Below, piece after piece: positions 1 through 14,215 of a DNA stretch of 64,000 nucleotides. Source of the DNA: Moniliella sp. 'wahieum' (Eukaryota); NCBI GenBank assembly GCA_003971905.1, contig RSEE01000013.1:496001-560000 (forward strand). Direction: 5' to 3'. The position numbers were made by a program, and so were the translations under genes. Each line of letters begins with the position of its first letter. Position 1 is the first letter of the stretch. The notes under the pieces were generated by a model, which ran no database searches, was not told where the DNA came from, and worked only from the letters and a program-made list of their open reading frames with translations.

Positions 1-70
1 GGTGGCGAGATTGTCGTCGTAGCAGGGCGGAAAGTGAGCGGTGGATGCTGCATCGCAAGCTGGATGCCAT
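1..70 (-). CDS. Possible 5' end of a gene running off the window (mitochondrial presequence-like N-terminus)
   Basis: ATG at 70 on the minus strand reads MASSLRCSIHRSLSALLRRQSRH (R/S/L-rich, no acidic residues) and follows a pyrimidine-rich leader. Too short to identify. Confidence 0.3.
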   Translation of the reverse strand, partial: MASSLRCSIHRSLSALLRRQSRH

Positions 71-685
71 GGAAGGAGAGTTGAGCTAGTGATGGAAGTT
101 GGAGAAGAAGGAGAATGCATGGCAGACGACGGGGGGGTTATATGAGGAAAAAGGTAGTTACTATCAGGGAGGAAGGGGCTGTGCAAACCAAGCCTATGCA
201 GCCACGAGCGTCACGCATGACGACACACACACGATCAGCGATCCGCAATCAGCGATCAGCTGCCGACTATCCTCCACTGGCTCGGCCAGTGCCTTTCTGC
301 TGCCGGTCGCAGCGGCATTTCACACGTTGGATGTCACATGTCACATGCCGCACGTCACAGGCATCACACGTCAGATCTCAGGATCTCAGAATCGAATCTG
401 AGACACAATGCAGTGACTGGGAGCTTGGCTCTGCTCAGCCTGAGCGCTGAGGCTCAGCCCTCCCTCGTCTGCTCCCGGGGGAATCGCCACGAGAGACAGC
501 ACTCAAGCCGAGGGCCGAGCAGTCGGTCCAGTGCCTCGGATCATCGATCACTCGATCACTACTCGTAACGCGTAACTTGAGGGCGTTGCAGATTCCAGGA
601 GGACCACAAAAGCACCCGAGAAGCCAATAATGTGACGTGCTGAAAAGTATAGTCACCTCACTTCACCTATGGACACGAGGAATGC

Positions 686-730
686 ATGGTGTATGGTGTA
701 TGGTGGGTGTATGGTGTATGGTGTATGGTG
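686..730. repeat. (TGGTGTA)n heptamer microsatellite
   Basis: About 6 copies with one interruption, read directly. Confidence 0.85.
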
Positions 731-3700
731 CACTTTGTTCCATAACAGCAGTGCTGCACTAAGCCTTATGCCGCTTTTTCCGAACGTGTACAACAGTGCC
801 GGCGGTTTGCCCTAGGAGGCTAGTGGTTGCCCATTGCTGCCTGGGGCTACTTCAGGCTACTCCCTGGATTCATGACATCATGCATAGGACGTCCGCGTTA
901 CTGAACCTTCATCGACTTCATCGATCATCATTAACACATGCATCATGCATCATTAATCATTATCATTAATCATTCTTGAAGCTAAAATTAGTCGCCAGTC
1001 TCAGTTCACCCTATTCTTAGTTTCTCATTTCCTCCGCATGGTGGCTGTGGCATGTCCCCATGTCATGCATCACACATCATACATCACTCATGACTGTCAC
1101 CTGTTGCGCATCTGCATCACCGGCCACCGCACATTGGTCACCGGCCCTTGGTCCCCGTTTTGCTTGTTCCACATAGTGTGTGCATAATGTTTGTCACACA
1201 ACGGCATCTTCACACTTCATCACATGGGCCTCTGAAGTATTACTGAAAGTAGGGAGAAATAACACAGAAGCGCTGCAATTCTGTGACTGGTAACCAGTAA
1301 CGGTAAGCGGTAAGCGGTAGCCACCCTCTGTATCCACCATCTTTCTCGGCCTCCCGTGCCACATGCCTCCTGCGTTATCCTTTCGCGTAGACTCGTGTCG
1401 GGCTATGGAAAAGATGATCCGACGATCAACGTCCAACCTTCTCATGATTTTCCCTCTCTCTTTTCGGCGATTTCAAGAAGCTGCCATACCATATTGGATG
1501 GAATAAGCCTTCGGTTTTTACCATCAACAGTAGCGCCAACACAGAGCATTAAAAAAGCTAAGGTATTATACAACGACTCTTCTGTAAATTGGGTACTTAT
1601 CTTCCATCTCTTTCCTCTAACTATGCATTATACAGTGGTATAGCAAAGTACAGCGCATCAGGGCCGGCGAGGGCATGTATAATACATGTGTTGTGCGCAT
1701 ATACTCTTCTCAGGTCTCCCACAACGTCTCTCGTCATCCGTTTGTCACGCAGTTCTTCTCGGCCGTTGTCACTGTGTTCTATATTATGCATGCAGGGTAT
1801 ATGGAGTAACTAGTAATGACGCGTTGGATTACCCGCTCTGCGCACTTTGATCTACATATCTACATGAATACTTATCCCCTCCCTGCGGCCCATACGGGCT
1901 TCCGGGCCTAGTGTCAAAGGCTTCAAGCTCCAAGCTTAATGAGCGCTGAGCTTCGAAGTCCCAAGCGTCTGTTGACATGGACTTGAAAGAGGCACACAAG
2001 GGCACACACTGTTTTTATCCAAGGTGGCTCAATATTCTGAGTGTCTCGCCGCTTGCCGCTGTGGTACCTGATGTATAGTAGTACGCTGACGGGGACATTG
2101 ATAGATGGATGGGCCTCCACAAACATGTTACACATGAGGCTGAGGTGGGAGGCCTGAGGCACACTGGTGAATCCTGTGAATCAGTACTGAATGCGACAAC
2201 GCGATCACCCGTAGTGTAATAGAACGCATGAGATTTCTGTTTGCTTCAAACAGAGCATTCTCTCTCGGTCCCACTCAGGAATACAAGAACAAACTATCTG
2301 AGACAAAGCTGAAAACGAGAGATCGCGTGACGCGTGGTGCTTGACGCTGAGGCGAGAATAGTTTGCTAGGCCTTGGGCCAGTCCCCACCCTAGTCGGTCT
2401 TCCGTACGTACTCGTTCTTCTGCCTAGGGACCACAGGTACGAAGATCCGATGCCTGGAATGCGTTGCGAATGCAGCTGCGTGGTAAGATAGTGACACGGT
2501 TTTGTTTGTTAGAAAGGGTGATGAGGGTGATGCGTGTGGACAGCGCAGCACAGCCACGATCTGCCTTAAAATTAACGTTTACATATTGCATGTTTCCATG
2601 TAAATTTAAAGTTAGCGACGTAGTTTGGGCATGCAACATGAACTGGTAAAGCGCTAACGCATAGCGCGTAACGCGTAACGTTTGAATGCGCGGGCCTGGC
2701 GGACAAGGCCTCTGCGCTACGCCCGGCGCTGAGCCTTCCAGCTCAAGGTGACCTCAGTTTCACTGTGGTAGTGATGAATGGTTAATGATTAATGATTAAT
2801 GATTAATGATGCATGATGTTCATGAGTATGACCGGTGAGACCTGTCGCATGGCACTGTCACACTGTCACATGTCGTGCCACATTTGGTGCATTGGCTAAC
2901 AGCCTTACGCGTCACACGTTACGGATTTCCGGCTCTAAATTTATAGCAGGCGATAACGTTGCCAAACGGTTTTCAGAACAGAGCCCAGAGAAACCCGGTG
3001 ACCGGAGACTGGGGATGTCCGAGTCCGGCACAGGTGTGGCTTTTTTAAGATGTGGGACGAGGTTTCAACACTAGGTTGTGCCTGGTGCACGATGCACAGA
3101 TGCTGTGGCATATTGATGGGACGAGTTCTACAGTATTAGGTTTTGCCTGGCGCATGATGCACATATGCATGATGCTGTGGCATATTTTCCCGCCGTGTCT
3201 CGTATAAGGAAAAGATACGATCGAGGGATAATATATTCACCCCCACACTGGTGCTAGAGAGGGTAGTGCTAGGGTTCACCTGCACTCTCTCAAATGGATC
3301 GGTGACGCTCGCTGGTTCGGGTGATTCGCCCCTTGCGCAGGCTGCGCCACCCTTTGTCTGTTCCGACTTGCTTGCCTGGCTCTTATCTTCTTCCCTTCAG
3401 CTTGCTGGACTTTTATTGTGGCTGACTGCCCTGCCTTCTTGCACGCCTTGAAGCTCATCTCTCGTACTGCCCATAGCGTTCCCTAGCCGCACTCCAGCAA
3501 CTGGGTCTGATGTGTATAAAAATGCATGTAATAATGCTCTCCGGTGAAAATTGGAGCCCCCGCGTAGGTGAGGGCCAACCATAGTAAGAACATTGTATGG
3601 CAAGAAGCATTTATAGACCAAAATAGTAGCACCCCAGCACATTCCGATGAGAGGGGCTACTAAAAGTATTGACTGTTGTTATGAACGTTAAACTAAGCAA

Positions 3701-3806
3701 TTGGTGGCGTTCTGGGAGGCAGTGGGGCCGAAAGGATGCGAGTTTTTGACTATAAAATTAAGGTGTAACTCCATCTTCTGTTGTGATTCTGTATACTGCA
3801 TCCATG

Positions 3807-3929
3807 TCATTGACAGAGCTTAAGGCTGGGACAGGGAAACGCTGCGTCTAAACGGAACCGTTCATCTTGCGGGAGTGACTTGGTAGCACCACCAAGGTTA
3901 AGGAACCAAGGGGATCGCTAGGATATCAG
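3807..3929 (-). mobile_element. 3'-terminal fragment of REL-endonuclease non-LTR retroelement family (copy A)
   Basis: Reverse complement matches 52352-52474 and 62139-62262 (GATATCCT.GCGATCCCC...CCCGCAAGATGAACGGTT...TTTAGACG.AGCGTT.CCCTGTCCCAGCCTTAAGCTCTGTCAATGA). Confidence 0.8.
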
Positions 3930-6240
3930 CACACAGGATGCGGCAAACAAAACGGTAAAACTGGTACATAAAGAAAAGATGAGGGAAATGGGCAATCTTA
4001 GTATGAGAGAGTCAAGAGAAAGATGAAAAGGGGTGAGGATGAGAACCAAGCGTCCCGAGCGTCCGTCGTACATTGCGTTTTGTTCACAAAATCTCTGTCC
4101 AACACAGTGGTAAAAAATCTTCCGGTAGCCGTGTATTAGCTCTGTTACATGAATATAGATAGCCCTGAAGCTCCATTATGCATTAGAACTGATGAAGGCA
4201 CTGCAAGGGAGCTTCGGCCTGACAACAAATAACAAAGGCCAGATATAGATCCTGAAGCTCTCTATAGGCAACCGACGTTTCACACTCTATATGGTCCCGC
4301 CCTGAGAGGAAAATGCAGAGTCCTGCAGTATAGGCCGCAGTGCGCATATGCTCGTTAATATCTCAGTCGCAAATTAATAACAGTCTCCTGGGAGAATGCG
4401 GGCTCTGTCCAACACGTTCCATATGTCATATCCATTTCCTCTCAATCAAAGGGTTTTCAGGCTATAAGAATAAAAGGCTTTTCACCAAAAGTCTCTGCCT
4501 GTGCTCTTTTCATCCCTGCCGAGCCTCTCCACAGGCATGCATAATGCGGGTTTTTTGTACGCGCGCTGTCGTAGAGTTGACATTGTTCGTGGCGCTTTCA
4601 GTAGCAAGCCCCATCTCAGGTGGCCCACCACCGCGCCTATCGACTATATATGATGAAAAGTACAACCATATATAGGCAGAAGCGCGTCATTAACCATTTA
4701 TTGCTGCCTGATCGATCTGATCGATCCGTCACATGATGCATCACATTCATCACGAGCATCACGGATGGATCAATCCCGAGAGGATGAACTAGTGATATTG
4801 ATACTGCCTTTGTGACAAGCACCTGTCACATGTAACTAGTCACTGTGCTTGTGATCCTTTTTGCAAATAAATAAATGCAAGACATGTCCGTGCCTGCTTT
4901 TGCAGGTAAGCGTCGGGTGAGCGCTCGCTGAGCGCGCAGGCGGAACATCAGGTGCATCAGGCCTGTTGATCTTCAGGCGCTGAAGCCTCAGGGCATCAGG
5001 GTCTCATCGGTCACCTCAGACCAGCAGACCAGGCCTCCGAAAACTCTCCTTAAAGCTTGAAGCTCGAAGCTTTCAAGTGAGCGGTCACATGATGGTCACA
5101 TGATGGGGGTCACACGTTCGAGAACTACATATATAATACGAAGACACATACAAGTACTTTCCCTTCGACTGTACCATGTAACAACTGGGGCTACGCGAGA
5201 AAGATCAAGGTCGTATCAAAATGGGAGAATAGCAACATTGTTCGGGGGAGGAAACAGGAGGCGTAGAGAAAAGGCAAAGGGAAAGGGAAAGAAGGAAAGG
5301 GAAAGGGAAAGGGAAAGGGGAGAGCGAGATGCTTGGTATGCGCGCAGAATTGGAAATTGGAGAGAGAGGTTGAGTCTCATTCGGTGAGACATCGACTTAC
5401 TAAACCTTTTGTGCTGAAGCCCAACGTGGGCCTTCTCGATACCCGCGGTGTGTTGAAGTGCCAGAAGGCAGTCAGTGATAAATGGAGAGGAGGATGGATG
5501 GCACTACTGACGAAGAGAGAAACACAGAGGTGCTTTGGAATGAAAGAAGCGGTATTATATGCATATAGTCGAGAGAACAGCTGAGAATAGAGAGAGTCGT
5601 CCGCACCATTACTAATGAGAGGAAAATGGGATATAACAAATGAAAACGGGCCAGTTGGCGGATTATGGGAATGCGGATGCCCAGTTCACGGCAGCGAGGA
5701 TATACAAGAGATGAAAGACAGGGACTAGGGTAATCGTCACAGGAAACAACGAGGAATAAAGGCGAGGGGAAGATAGGAAAATATGAGAACGAAAAAGGCG
5801 GAAACAGATACCGAGAAGAGATGCACATCAGAGGTCAGAAAACACATTTGGTTAGGGAAATACCCGAATGAAGATGACTCCTTATAAGTAAGACCACTCC
5901 GGGCACATATCCATCCAAAGGCATAATCCAACACCACTCGGTCAGAAAAAGTACAGAAGGACAGTAAAGTTGTGGTGAGAACAGATCCAAACACCCCAAA
6001 TTCATTTACATCACATCACATTCAACAACACAAGCAAGATACAAATTGTTGACACACATAGAAGGAGGAGATAAGTATATATCCCTTTCTGTGCACACAT
6101 ACCCCTGCCTACTATGAACTACCGCAACGTACATTTGGTGGATGCCATTTGATGGAGCCGCTATATCGTTTCAGAGCTGCGGATTGAACGGCCAGCCGGC
6201 TTCGCAGGACAAAAGGGTTCAAGATTGGATTCGCTGAATG

Positions 6241-9059
6241 TTACCGACGGTGAGTGGCGCGAGGGGATGAGTAGGTATTGGGGGACGAGGTGCGTATGAG
6301 AGAATCACAGCTGATAGAAGGAGGGAGGCAATAAGTCCTCATATGCGTCGAGCAATTCAACGAGGGCGGCGGGGAACTGATCAGCTGCTCTAGCGGGGGA
6401 CTGCTTTGGCCTGATCTTTTGCGCAAGAAACTCGTGTTAGTGACCTCCCCCCAAGAGTGCGGAGTGCAGGAGTAGAGAGCGATCGTGAGTGGGGGGGGGG
6501 CACCTCCTTGGTGAGGTAGTAACGTTGTCTGTCCGCCGGCGCAACCGTTGTGCAGGAGAGGTCACCCGGCCCATAGATCCCAGTCAATTTAGGGGGTGAG
6601 GTGATGGCGAGCTCAGAGGCAAGTTCATCCACTTACATCGTGTTGGTAAGGGGACGGAGGTGCCGCAGGCATGGGAAGGGGGAAACCTGATAAAGAACTC
6701 TTTCCAGCACTGGAGTTTCCAGCAGACAGAAGATCAACAGAAGGCGGCATTTTCTCAATTTCTTTGGGTGTAAGCGCTCGAAGTGGGGATCGGTTTGTGA
6801 CAATTCCATCAAAGTGCAAGTGATCATCCCCCATATACAAGACATAGAGGCTGATAAGAACCCAGTACACCTACATCCGCGTAAAGGGAGACAAAAGTTT
6901 CCGTGATGGGAATTGACCGTGGAGTGTTCCATAGAAGGCGAGGATATACGCGTATACCATCACGATGGGAGAAATCCAAGATAGGCCTTGTGAAGCATTG
7001 TGAAGATCATGTGTATGTTGCATTGCAACTGATCTGTTTCCGTGAAGCGGTTGACCACGAGGCGGACGAGGAAGGCCCAAAGGAACGTCAAAGACAATGA
7101 AGGGCCCAAATTCTTCAGGTGAGCCACTTGCAGAAATAAAGAAGCGCATGTCGCCGCTACGAGTGTGACAAAGGCATTGCCGTGCTGAGCTGTAAGAGGT
7201 GCCAAGTATGTGGCCGGGATTGTGAGCATCAAAAGAGTTTGCTCGTCCACAATCTGCCCAAATGCTAAGTGACAACCGGCACATAGTACCACGGAATGGA
7301 CCAGGCCTGAGTATACGGCCGTTGCGTCAGACGAATCAGAAAAGGAAGCATCAAAAGAATGGCAACGATTGTGCAAAATGGGGGCTTAACCATGGGCAAG
7401 GCCTTTGAATCCCCATTTTTCGATGATAACAAAGTCCTGCTGGTGGACCACAAGCCCTCTTCGTCCGTAACGAGAGACAGGATGACTTGCTTCCCAATAA
7501 GGCGGGTTTTGTTTGCCACCGAATACCACCTCTTCCATATACCGGAGAGTTAGAGTTGACAGAGGAACCGAGGTTTCAGGAGAATCTCGCTTCAACAGCA
7601 TTTGCGCTTGCTGTGAGGACCGTCCAGGGAGCCAACTTGGTCGCCTTCATCCGAAATCACGGGGGGCACATGAGCTTGATCCCATTTATAGCCAGGGAGG
7701 CAAAGAATGGAAGGACGATAAAGACGGAAAGCGTCATGCTTCGCTCTACGGATCCCAGCACCAAGGCGGTGCGTCGCTTCATCCACCTAGGGAGCATGAT
7801 GTTTGTACGAAAAGGAATATCAGTATAGGGGGTGCAAGCCAAACGAAGCCGGGGCTGAGGTTGATCGGTAGATATCAGACCACCACAAAGCAATGAATGG
7901 CCCTGTGTATATTAGTCAAAAGGTTGGTAAGTATGCATCTCATCAATGCGGATAATATAACGGACTTGCCTCTCGAGCGGCCCACACCAACACCAAGTAG
8001 ACCTCCTGCGAAGAAAGGCCACTCAACGATACGCACTGATGCAGTTAGTGCTGAAGAACAGGTAGGGCTGGAAGACAGAGCAGCAAGCAAGACAACGCGA
8101 ATTTCTTGCCGCTCCCAAGTGTCCCGGTGTGGGTGGAGTAGCCGAGATGGTTCTTGGAGCATGACGGCTTGAGTAAGGCGAGATGTGATGGAATTGAGAG
8201 AGATCCTGGAACGCCATATGATGGTTCAGCCCCTGCCTCGTCATCTAGATTGGCATTATGCGACTCGTCCAACAGCCGGTCCCTCTCTCCGGGTTGTCCG
8301 GATAGGGCCAAAGCTGCCGAAACGAGAACAACGTTGGAAGCGATCACCAGGACACAGGCATATGTCTTTACTTCTGTGGTGTCCTTCATTTCTTCATCTA
8401 ACACACGGCGAGCAGGTCAGGGAAAGTGAGGCGCATGGAGTGCATCCAAGCCCAATGGAACAGGACAGAGAGGGGGGGCAAAGTTGCGTCCCAGGTGGTT
8501 GCTAAACTTGGGCTCATGGGTGGAGAGGTGGCGAGAAGCAGGAAGCGCGGTGCACGGCCAACATATCTGGGTGAAACGAAGGCCAAAAGAGTAATAAGCG
8601 GAGAAAATATCCCTAGGACATGCTAATCTCCCATGACTGGAGCCGAAGTGGCTGTGCGGTGTAACTGGGGTTGGGGGGCGGGGAGCGGCTGCTTCTCTTC
8701 GCGCTGTTGTCTGCCTGTCGTGTTCCAAGAGAAATAATGCCGTCTGGGCATCGACTTGGGCGTTTTGTCAAGCTTGTCCACGAGTTGGTATCATAGGTGG
8801 GAAGATGATGACGGTAGCGTTGTTGCTGCGAGCCAAGCGCGTTGTTCGCTCTAGTACGCCGATCCGGCAAGTAAGAAATGGATGCTGCAGAGGTGCGCCG
8901 GCGCGAATGCTTTTCCGGCATCACTTTGGGTGGCAGATTCCTCGCCACTGGGCAAGGGAACTCCTGTTCCTCTTCCCTGATTTGGTCTGACACCGGCCCA
9001 AGCGGAACCCATGGCCGCTGTTCCAGTTGAGGCAGAGACTTGTGCTTCTGATGCTGCAT
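6241..9059 (-). CDS. Hypothetical, frameshifted multi-pass membrane protein (or pseudogene)
   Basis: Chain of overlapping minus-strand ORFs from ATG 9059 with several hydrophobic segments (TYACVLVIASNVVLVSAALAL, TIVAILLMLPFLI, SLTFLWAFLVRLVV, VYWVLISLYVLY) and an S/P-rich tail. No family recognised. Confidence 0.3.
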
Positions 9060-9589
9060 GTTTGTTGCGGGGATGGGGATGGAGAAGAGTTGGCTGAGGG
9101 AAGGAGGAAGAGAGGGAAGGCAATAAGCTAGCTAAGCGGTGTGCTCGGACATGACAAAACGGGGTGCTGCGGACGTGAGAAAACGGGCTGCTGCGAAAGG
9201 AGGGGCAATGCGCTATTTTGCCATGCAGTGGACGTTTTAGTTGCCCACTTGTTACCCTGTGATGTGTACTGAGGCGCACAGGCGTTAATTACTAACCCCA
9301 ACAACGTGGCAAACGTACGGCATGTGCCCTGTGCACGGACCCCTACGGTCGGTAGCACAGCCTGGCCAACTCGTCGCTATTCTCGCACTTGCCCCGCCCA
9401 GTGGCCCCGCCCCTCAGGCGGCCGGCCTCAGGAGCCTCAGGCGCCGAGGTATGCCTCAGGCCCCTCACACATCCTCCTCGGCCTCACCAGTCACCTATAG
9501 ACTCTACTGTGTTGTGCAGTATGCCTCCTGGCTCTGTATTTGCTCTCTTGCACCTACGCTCTGCCACCCAACCCACCGCAGCACCTCCG

Positions 9590-9646
9590 CCTAGCTTTTA
9601 GCTCTCAGGCACAGCCCCCCCTAGCTTTTAGCTCTCAGGCACAGCC
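9590..9646. repeat. Tandem duplication, 30-bp period (CTAGCTTTTAGCTCTCAGGCACAGCC x2)
   Basis: Read directly. Confidence 0.85.
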
Positions 9647-10335
9647 GCAATCTGATGACAATATACAGCGAGGGCAACGAGAGAACAGCCACCACAGACG
9701 CAGCAGCAACCACACCATTGTAGGGGAGGAAAGCACACATACTACGTGTAGCAAAAGAAGCGTTGCGAAGCGCATTTTGGCGGACAGAGGGATGGAAGGT
9801 CGGAGTACAGCCAAGAGTGGCGGTACAAAACAAAAGGCGGGGAAAAGTACAAGACAAACACACATGACTCAGGCAGGCACACTTGGCAAGAGGCTCGTGG
9901 AGGGGACCATTGGCCAACACCTCTACCCAGCTCTAGCCGGAGACCCTGAATGTGCGCACGAGAGCGAGGCATACAGAGCGAGCGGCACAAGGACGGGCCC
10001 GTGCCAGGTTGGGTTTGGACATGCAAGAATGCATCCCATTTCAAGGCCGCGTGTGGGAGCGTAGGTGTACACGTGAGGGCGGGAGTGGAAGTATTTGCGT
10101 ATGCACAACCGGTGGATAGCTCGTCGGGCCAGGCAGAAACAGGATTTTGGTAAGGTCCGACACCGCGGGAAAGCAGGATGGAGAAGGAGCGATGAGGCAT
10201 AATAAGAAAGGGGAACGATTCGGAAACAGATGATGGGGGGTAGGATGAAGGATGGAAACATAGACACAAAAGGGGAACCCGTCACATAGCTTTAACCGAT
10301 TGGCGCTCCGCTTCCTTCAAAAGGAAGGTCACAGA

Positions 10336-13300
10336 TCACGCACCCACTCCCTCAGAGTCGAACATGGAGGAACCAAAGTCAGCGCCGTCAAGGTCAAAGA
10401 AGCCCAGCATGCTCTCCAGTTGCTCATCAGAACCCCCATGTCGCCCAACCCAGAAAACGAGAAGCCGGTTGAATTTGGTGCCGGGGCCAACCCAGTCCCG
10501 TCATTAGAGGGAACCGCAGCTGGTGCGTTGGCAAGATCGGCTGCCATCGAGGCGGCCGGATCCTTTGTATTGGTGGAGGAGCCCGACGTGGCAGTGGCAT
10601 TGAGCATTGCATCTGCAGTCGAAGGGTGTCCACTGACCCAGGAGGGTGAGCGGGCGTGGCACCAGAAACATCGAAGGTGGGATTCCCTGAAGGTGGTGGG
10701 TTCGAAGCGAGAGCTGGGCTCGACGACGTCCCCGTACTTGTCGAATTGTCTGCTTGCCGCCCAGACTGCGCTTTATTTCCAGTCGACTTGGTGGAGCCTT
10801 TGCGGGCGCGGGCGGCGGGTCTACCTTTCCCACGTGATGCAGTATCCGATCTGCGAGGAGTAGATGCGTGACCAGCCAGAGGCCCAGAGCCGCCAGGGGT
10901 AGCTGCCACGACTGGGGAGGCAGTGTTAGGTCCCAATTGCGCTTGCGGGGACTGTGCCATTCCCTGGCCCGTCGCTGGGAGCGGTGGGACCATCAAGGGT
11001 GCAGATTGCTGTTGTCCCTGTCCCTGTCCCAGCCTCATTTGAGCTTCCCCTTGGACAGAGCTGGGAGCATCTCCTGGACGGCCAACCCCCGCCGCGAGAA
11101 CTTGCTGTTCACCAGCGCCAGAGTAGAACTCCGGCATTTCCTGCATCGGCAACTGTTCCGCACCAGCCTGGGAGCGGAGCATCGCCTCCAGCTCCTGCAA
11201 CCGAGCACGATACACGCCCACCTCGGCATATGCTTGCTGCGACACCTGCTCCGATGTCGCTCCCTGGGCCCGGGAAAGCTCCGCTTTGATGGCCGCCTGG
11301 AGTTGCTGCACCTGTGCAAGCATCTGCATCCGGTTCGCAGGCATACCAGCTGGTACTGCCCTGCTATGCGGGCAGATGGAGCACTCCCCTGGTTAGAAGC
11401 CTGCATAAGCTGCCCCACTTGAGCAGACGACGCCCCAGAGCTCTTGCCCTGTGCTCCCGACGCGAACACCTCTGGTCGTTGTTGGGCGCCATCATAGTCA
11501 TTCTGCATGGGCAGCCCCCGCTGAAGAGCGGTGATTTCAGCATGGTGTTTTTGTTGCTGCTGTTGTTGCTGCTGCTGCAGTAGTTGTTGCTGCTGCAGTC
11601 GATGCTGCTGCAACTGCTGCTGTTGTAGTTGCTGCTGCTGCAACTGCTGCTGTTGAAGTTGCTGTTGCTGTAGCTGCTGCTGCTGTAGTTGCTGTTGCTG
11701 TAGTTGCTGCTGCTGCTGTTGTTTGTTGCTGGAGGTGCTGGGCCTGTTGCATTTTGGCCAGTTGGGCTTGATGCAGTTGGGCTTGGTGTTGGGCTTGCAG
11801 TTGGGCTTGCTGCATCTGAGCTGCCCCTGGCCCCTGGGCTTGGGCTTGGGTCTGGGCTCGAGCTTGGGCTTGTAGTTGGGCTTGGTGGGCATGAGCTTGG
11901 CTCTGAGCTTGCGCCTGGGCCTGTGCGACCTGAACGGCCTGGGCTCGCGCTCGCGCTTGAGCCTGCGCTTGAGCTTGAGCGTGGGCTTGGACTTGAGCGT
12001 GGGCATGCTGGACCGCAATCAAGCCGGGGGGGACTTGGCGAAGGATGTGCGCAATGTTGTGCGGGCCCAACTCGGTGATGAGCTGGACCTTGGTTTGCAG
12101 CGAGGCTGCACGAACATCCTCCAAACTCACTCCCTGCCGCTGAGCAGCAGTGGAGATGAGAGCATTGCTGGCCATTGCTCAACCGACTAAGCCAGTGGGT
12201 GAGCTGAGCCAAGGTCATACGCTCAATGAATGCCACAGCTTGCGCCATCTCGTTCGACATGCTCGCCTGAGCTCCGACCGGATGGCCTCCAGGGGTCGCC
12301 ACGCCCGCAGCGGGAATCGACATGTTCGACCCCATCACAACACCCGAGCCCTGAGGTCCAGGCACGCTTGACCCGCTCTGTGACGCCGTCCGCATTGGCG
12401 TTTGACTTTGTCCAGGAGGGCCCATTCTTTGTCCCGCGTAGGGAGAAGCGGAATACACGCCCGCTTGGCCTGCAACCTGTTGACCTACTTGCCCAGGCGA
12501 AGAGGCAGGAGGTGACGCAGCATAGACTGCCCCGGCATGCGCGTATTTCTGGCCGTTTGGACCCATATGGGGACTAGACTGGGCGAGTACGCCAGCTTGG
12601 GACATGCTCAAACGACCCACCATGCCAGGATGGGAACCGGCATGCGGCGGGGCACAGCAAACTGCGGTGCTCCGGTGGGAGTCGTCGCTGGAACTGCCCT
12701 CCCTGCCGCCATTGCAGCGGATGGGTCCGACATGTTTGCCCCTGTGCCTGAGTTTGAATCGGAAAGAGCGGAAGTGACCCACCCTACGCCTTTGGAAGCT
12801 CCGGCGTTACTGTTTGCTCGGCCGCGCACGATCAACGGGAATGAGATATGAGGAGCCACACCAGCACCAGAACTGTTCGATCCACCGCCTTGGGACTCAG
12901 CTTGAAATCTGCGCAACGCAGCTTGGTACGCAGCAAAAGTACGCGCCTCGACACTTTGATGGTATGTTCGGGCACTTGCGCTACCCCCACCCGAGCGCGC
13001 ATTGAACAGGTCCCGAAGAGGTACCAATATCTGGAGAAATGGTTAGCGTCAATCGTGATTTGGGGTCAGAAGAAACTTACTCGAACAACAAGCCTTGAGG
13101 CGTTTTGAGTGGCACCTCAGGTACTTCATCCAGGCCAGCATCGGAGATCAGGGCTTGTGCTGCAGAATCATACCCACGGCGTTTGCAATAGTCCCACACG
13201 TATAGATCGAGCTTGTCGGCTTCTTTTCCCCACCGAAATGCTGGTGTTGAAAGAGAAGGAGGCGCTTCGGTAGCCTCTGCCCGTGATGCCGACTTGGGTC

Positions 13301-14215
13301 TCGACGATGGCGCGGCGGGAACTGTTCCATTTGATTGAGAAGAAGATTCAGCCAGTCCAGTGAAGGTGGGGTAGGACTCGGTTGGGACTGAAGAGCCCGA
13401 GAGCCTCTCCGCGCACCCGGAGTAGAAGGGGAAGTATCCTCCTTCGATCCTTCATGCGGAGAAGGGTCGACGCAGGGCCGCTTGGCGTGCTGTTCTGGAC
13501 CTTGTTCAGACACCGATAGAGAGCGTTTGCGAGTGGAGCCCACATCGCCACTGGGGGTCTCAAGAGCATCACCAGCGCCACCCTCGCTGCTGTGCACACT
13601 GGTGGTGCTCGCATCGGGCTGATGAGCAGGGGCAGCGGCAACAGCAATGGGAGCATTTGTGGCGCTGTGGTTGTCGCTATCGCTGCGGCTTTGGCTGCGG
13701 CTGCGACTGACGCCACTGCGGGCATTCTGCCCACTGTTTGGGTCTTTTGGGTCCGAGGTGGCCTGGCCATTGATGGAGACAGGGCTTGCGTCAGCATTGA
13801 TGGTCGGGGCCTCACCGGGGATCTGAGGAGGGTCGCCCATGGGAGCTGTGTTCGACTCATCCACACCAGGCTCGATGCCCGACGCGTCGGTAGGGGCTGC
13901 GCCGAGCGGCAACGCGCCTGGACTGGTGGGGGCAGGCTCGGCCGGGGCAGGGGCGGGTTCCGGAGCAGGAGCAGAGGGAGGAGGCGAGGACGACGCGTGT
14001 GGAGAGGTAGATGAAGGAGCAGCAGGAGGCTCCAGGCCGTTTGGTACAGAGAGGCTGTTGGCGAGCCAAGCGTCCCAGTCCGCATCCGGCGGGGGCGGGG
14101 CGGAGGAGTTGGGGGCCGCGTCAGGGGGTTGGGGCGGGTGTGGCGGATGGGGTTGTGGCTGCTGCTCTGGCGGCAGCAACTCACCACCCACAGACTCGGA
14201 TACAAGCGCGTCCAT
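10336..14215 (-). CDS. LUFS/LisH-domain, polyglutamine transcriptional regulator (Flo8/Som1/SSDP-like)
   Basis: About 13220-12990 translates to [28 protein letters not shown]...[16 protein letters not shown](W)DLFNARS, a LisH plus LUFS motif. It is split by a 50-nt GTAAGT..GCTAAC..CAG intron (13031-13080). Q/A-rich middle and acidic-aromatic C-terminus ([29 protein letters not shown]). Start ATG 14215 is inferred; several 1-nt indels. Confidence 0.75.
11548..11722 (-). repeat. CAG/CAA polyglutamine tract with periodic Leu (QQQQL)n inside the LUFS gene
   Basis: Plus strand (TGC/TGT)n. The ORF track shows [17 protein letters not shown]... Confidence 0.85.
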
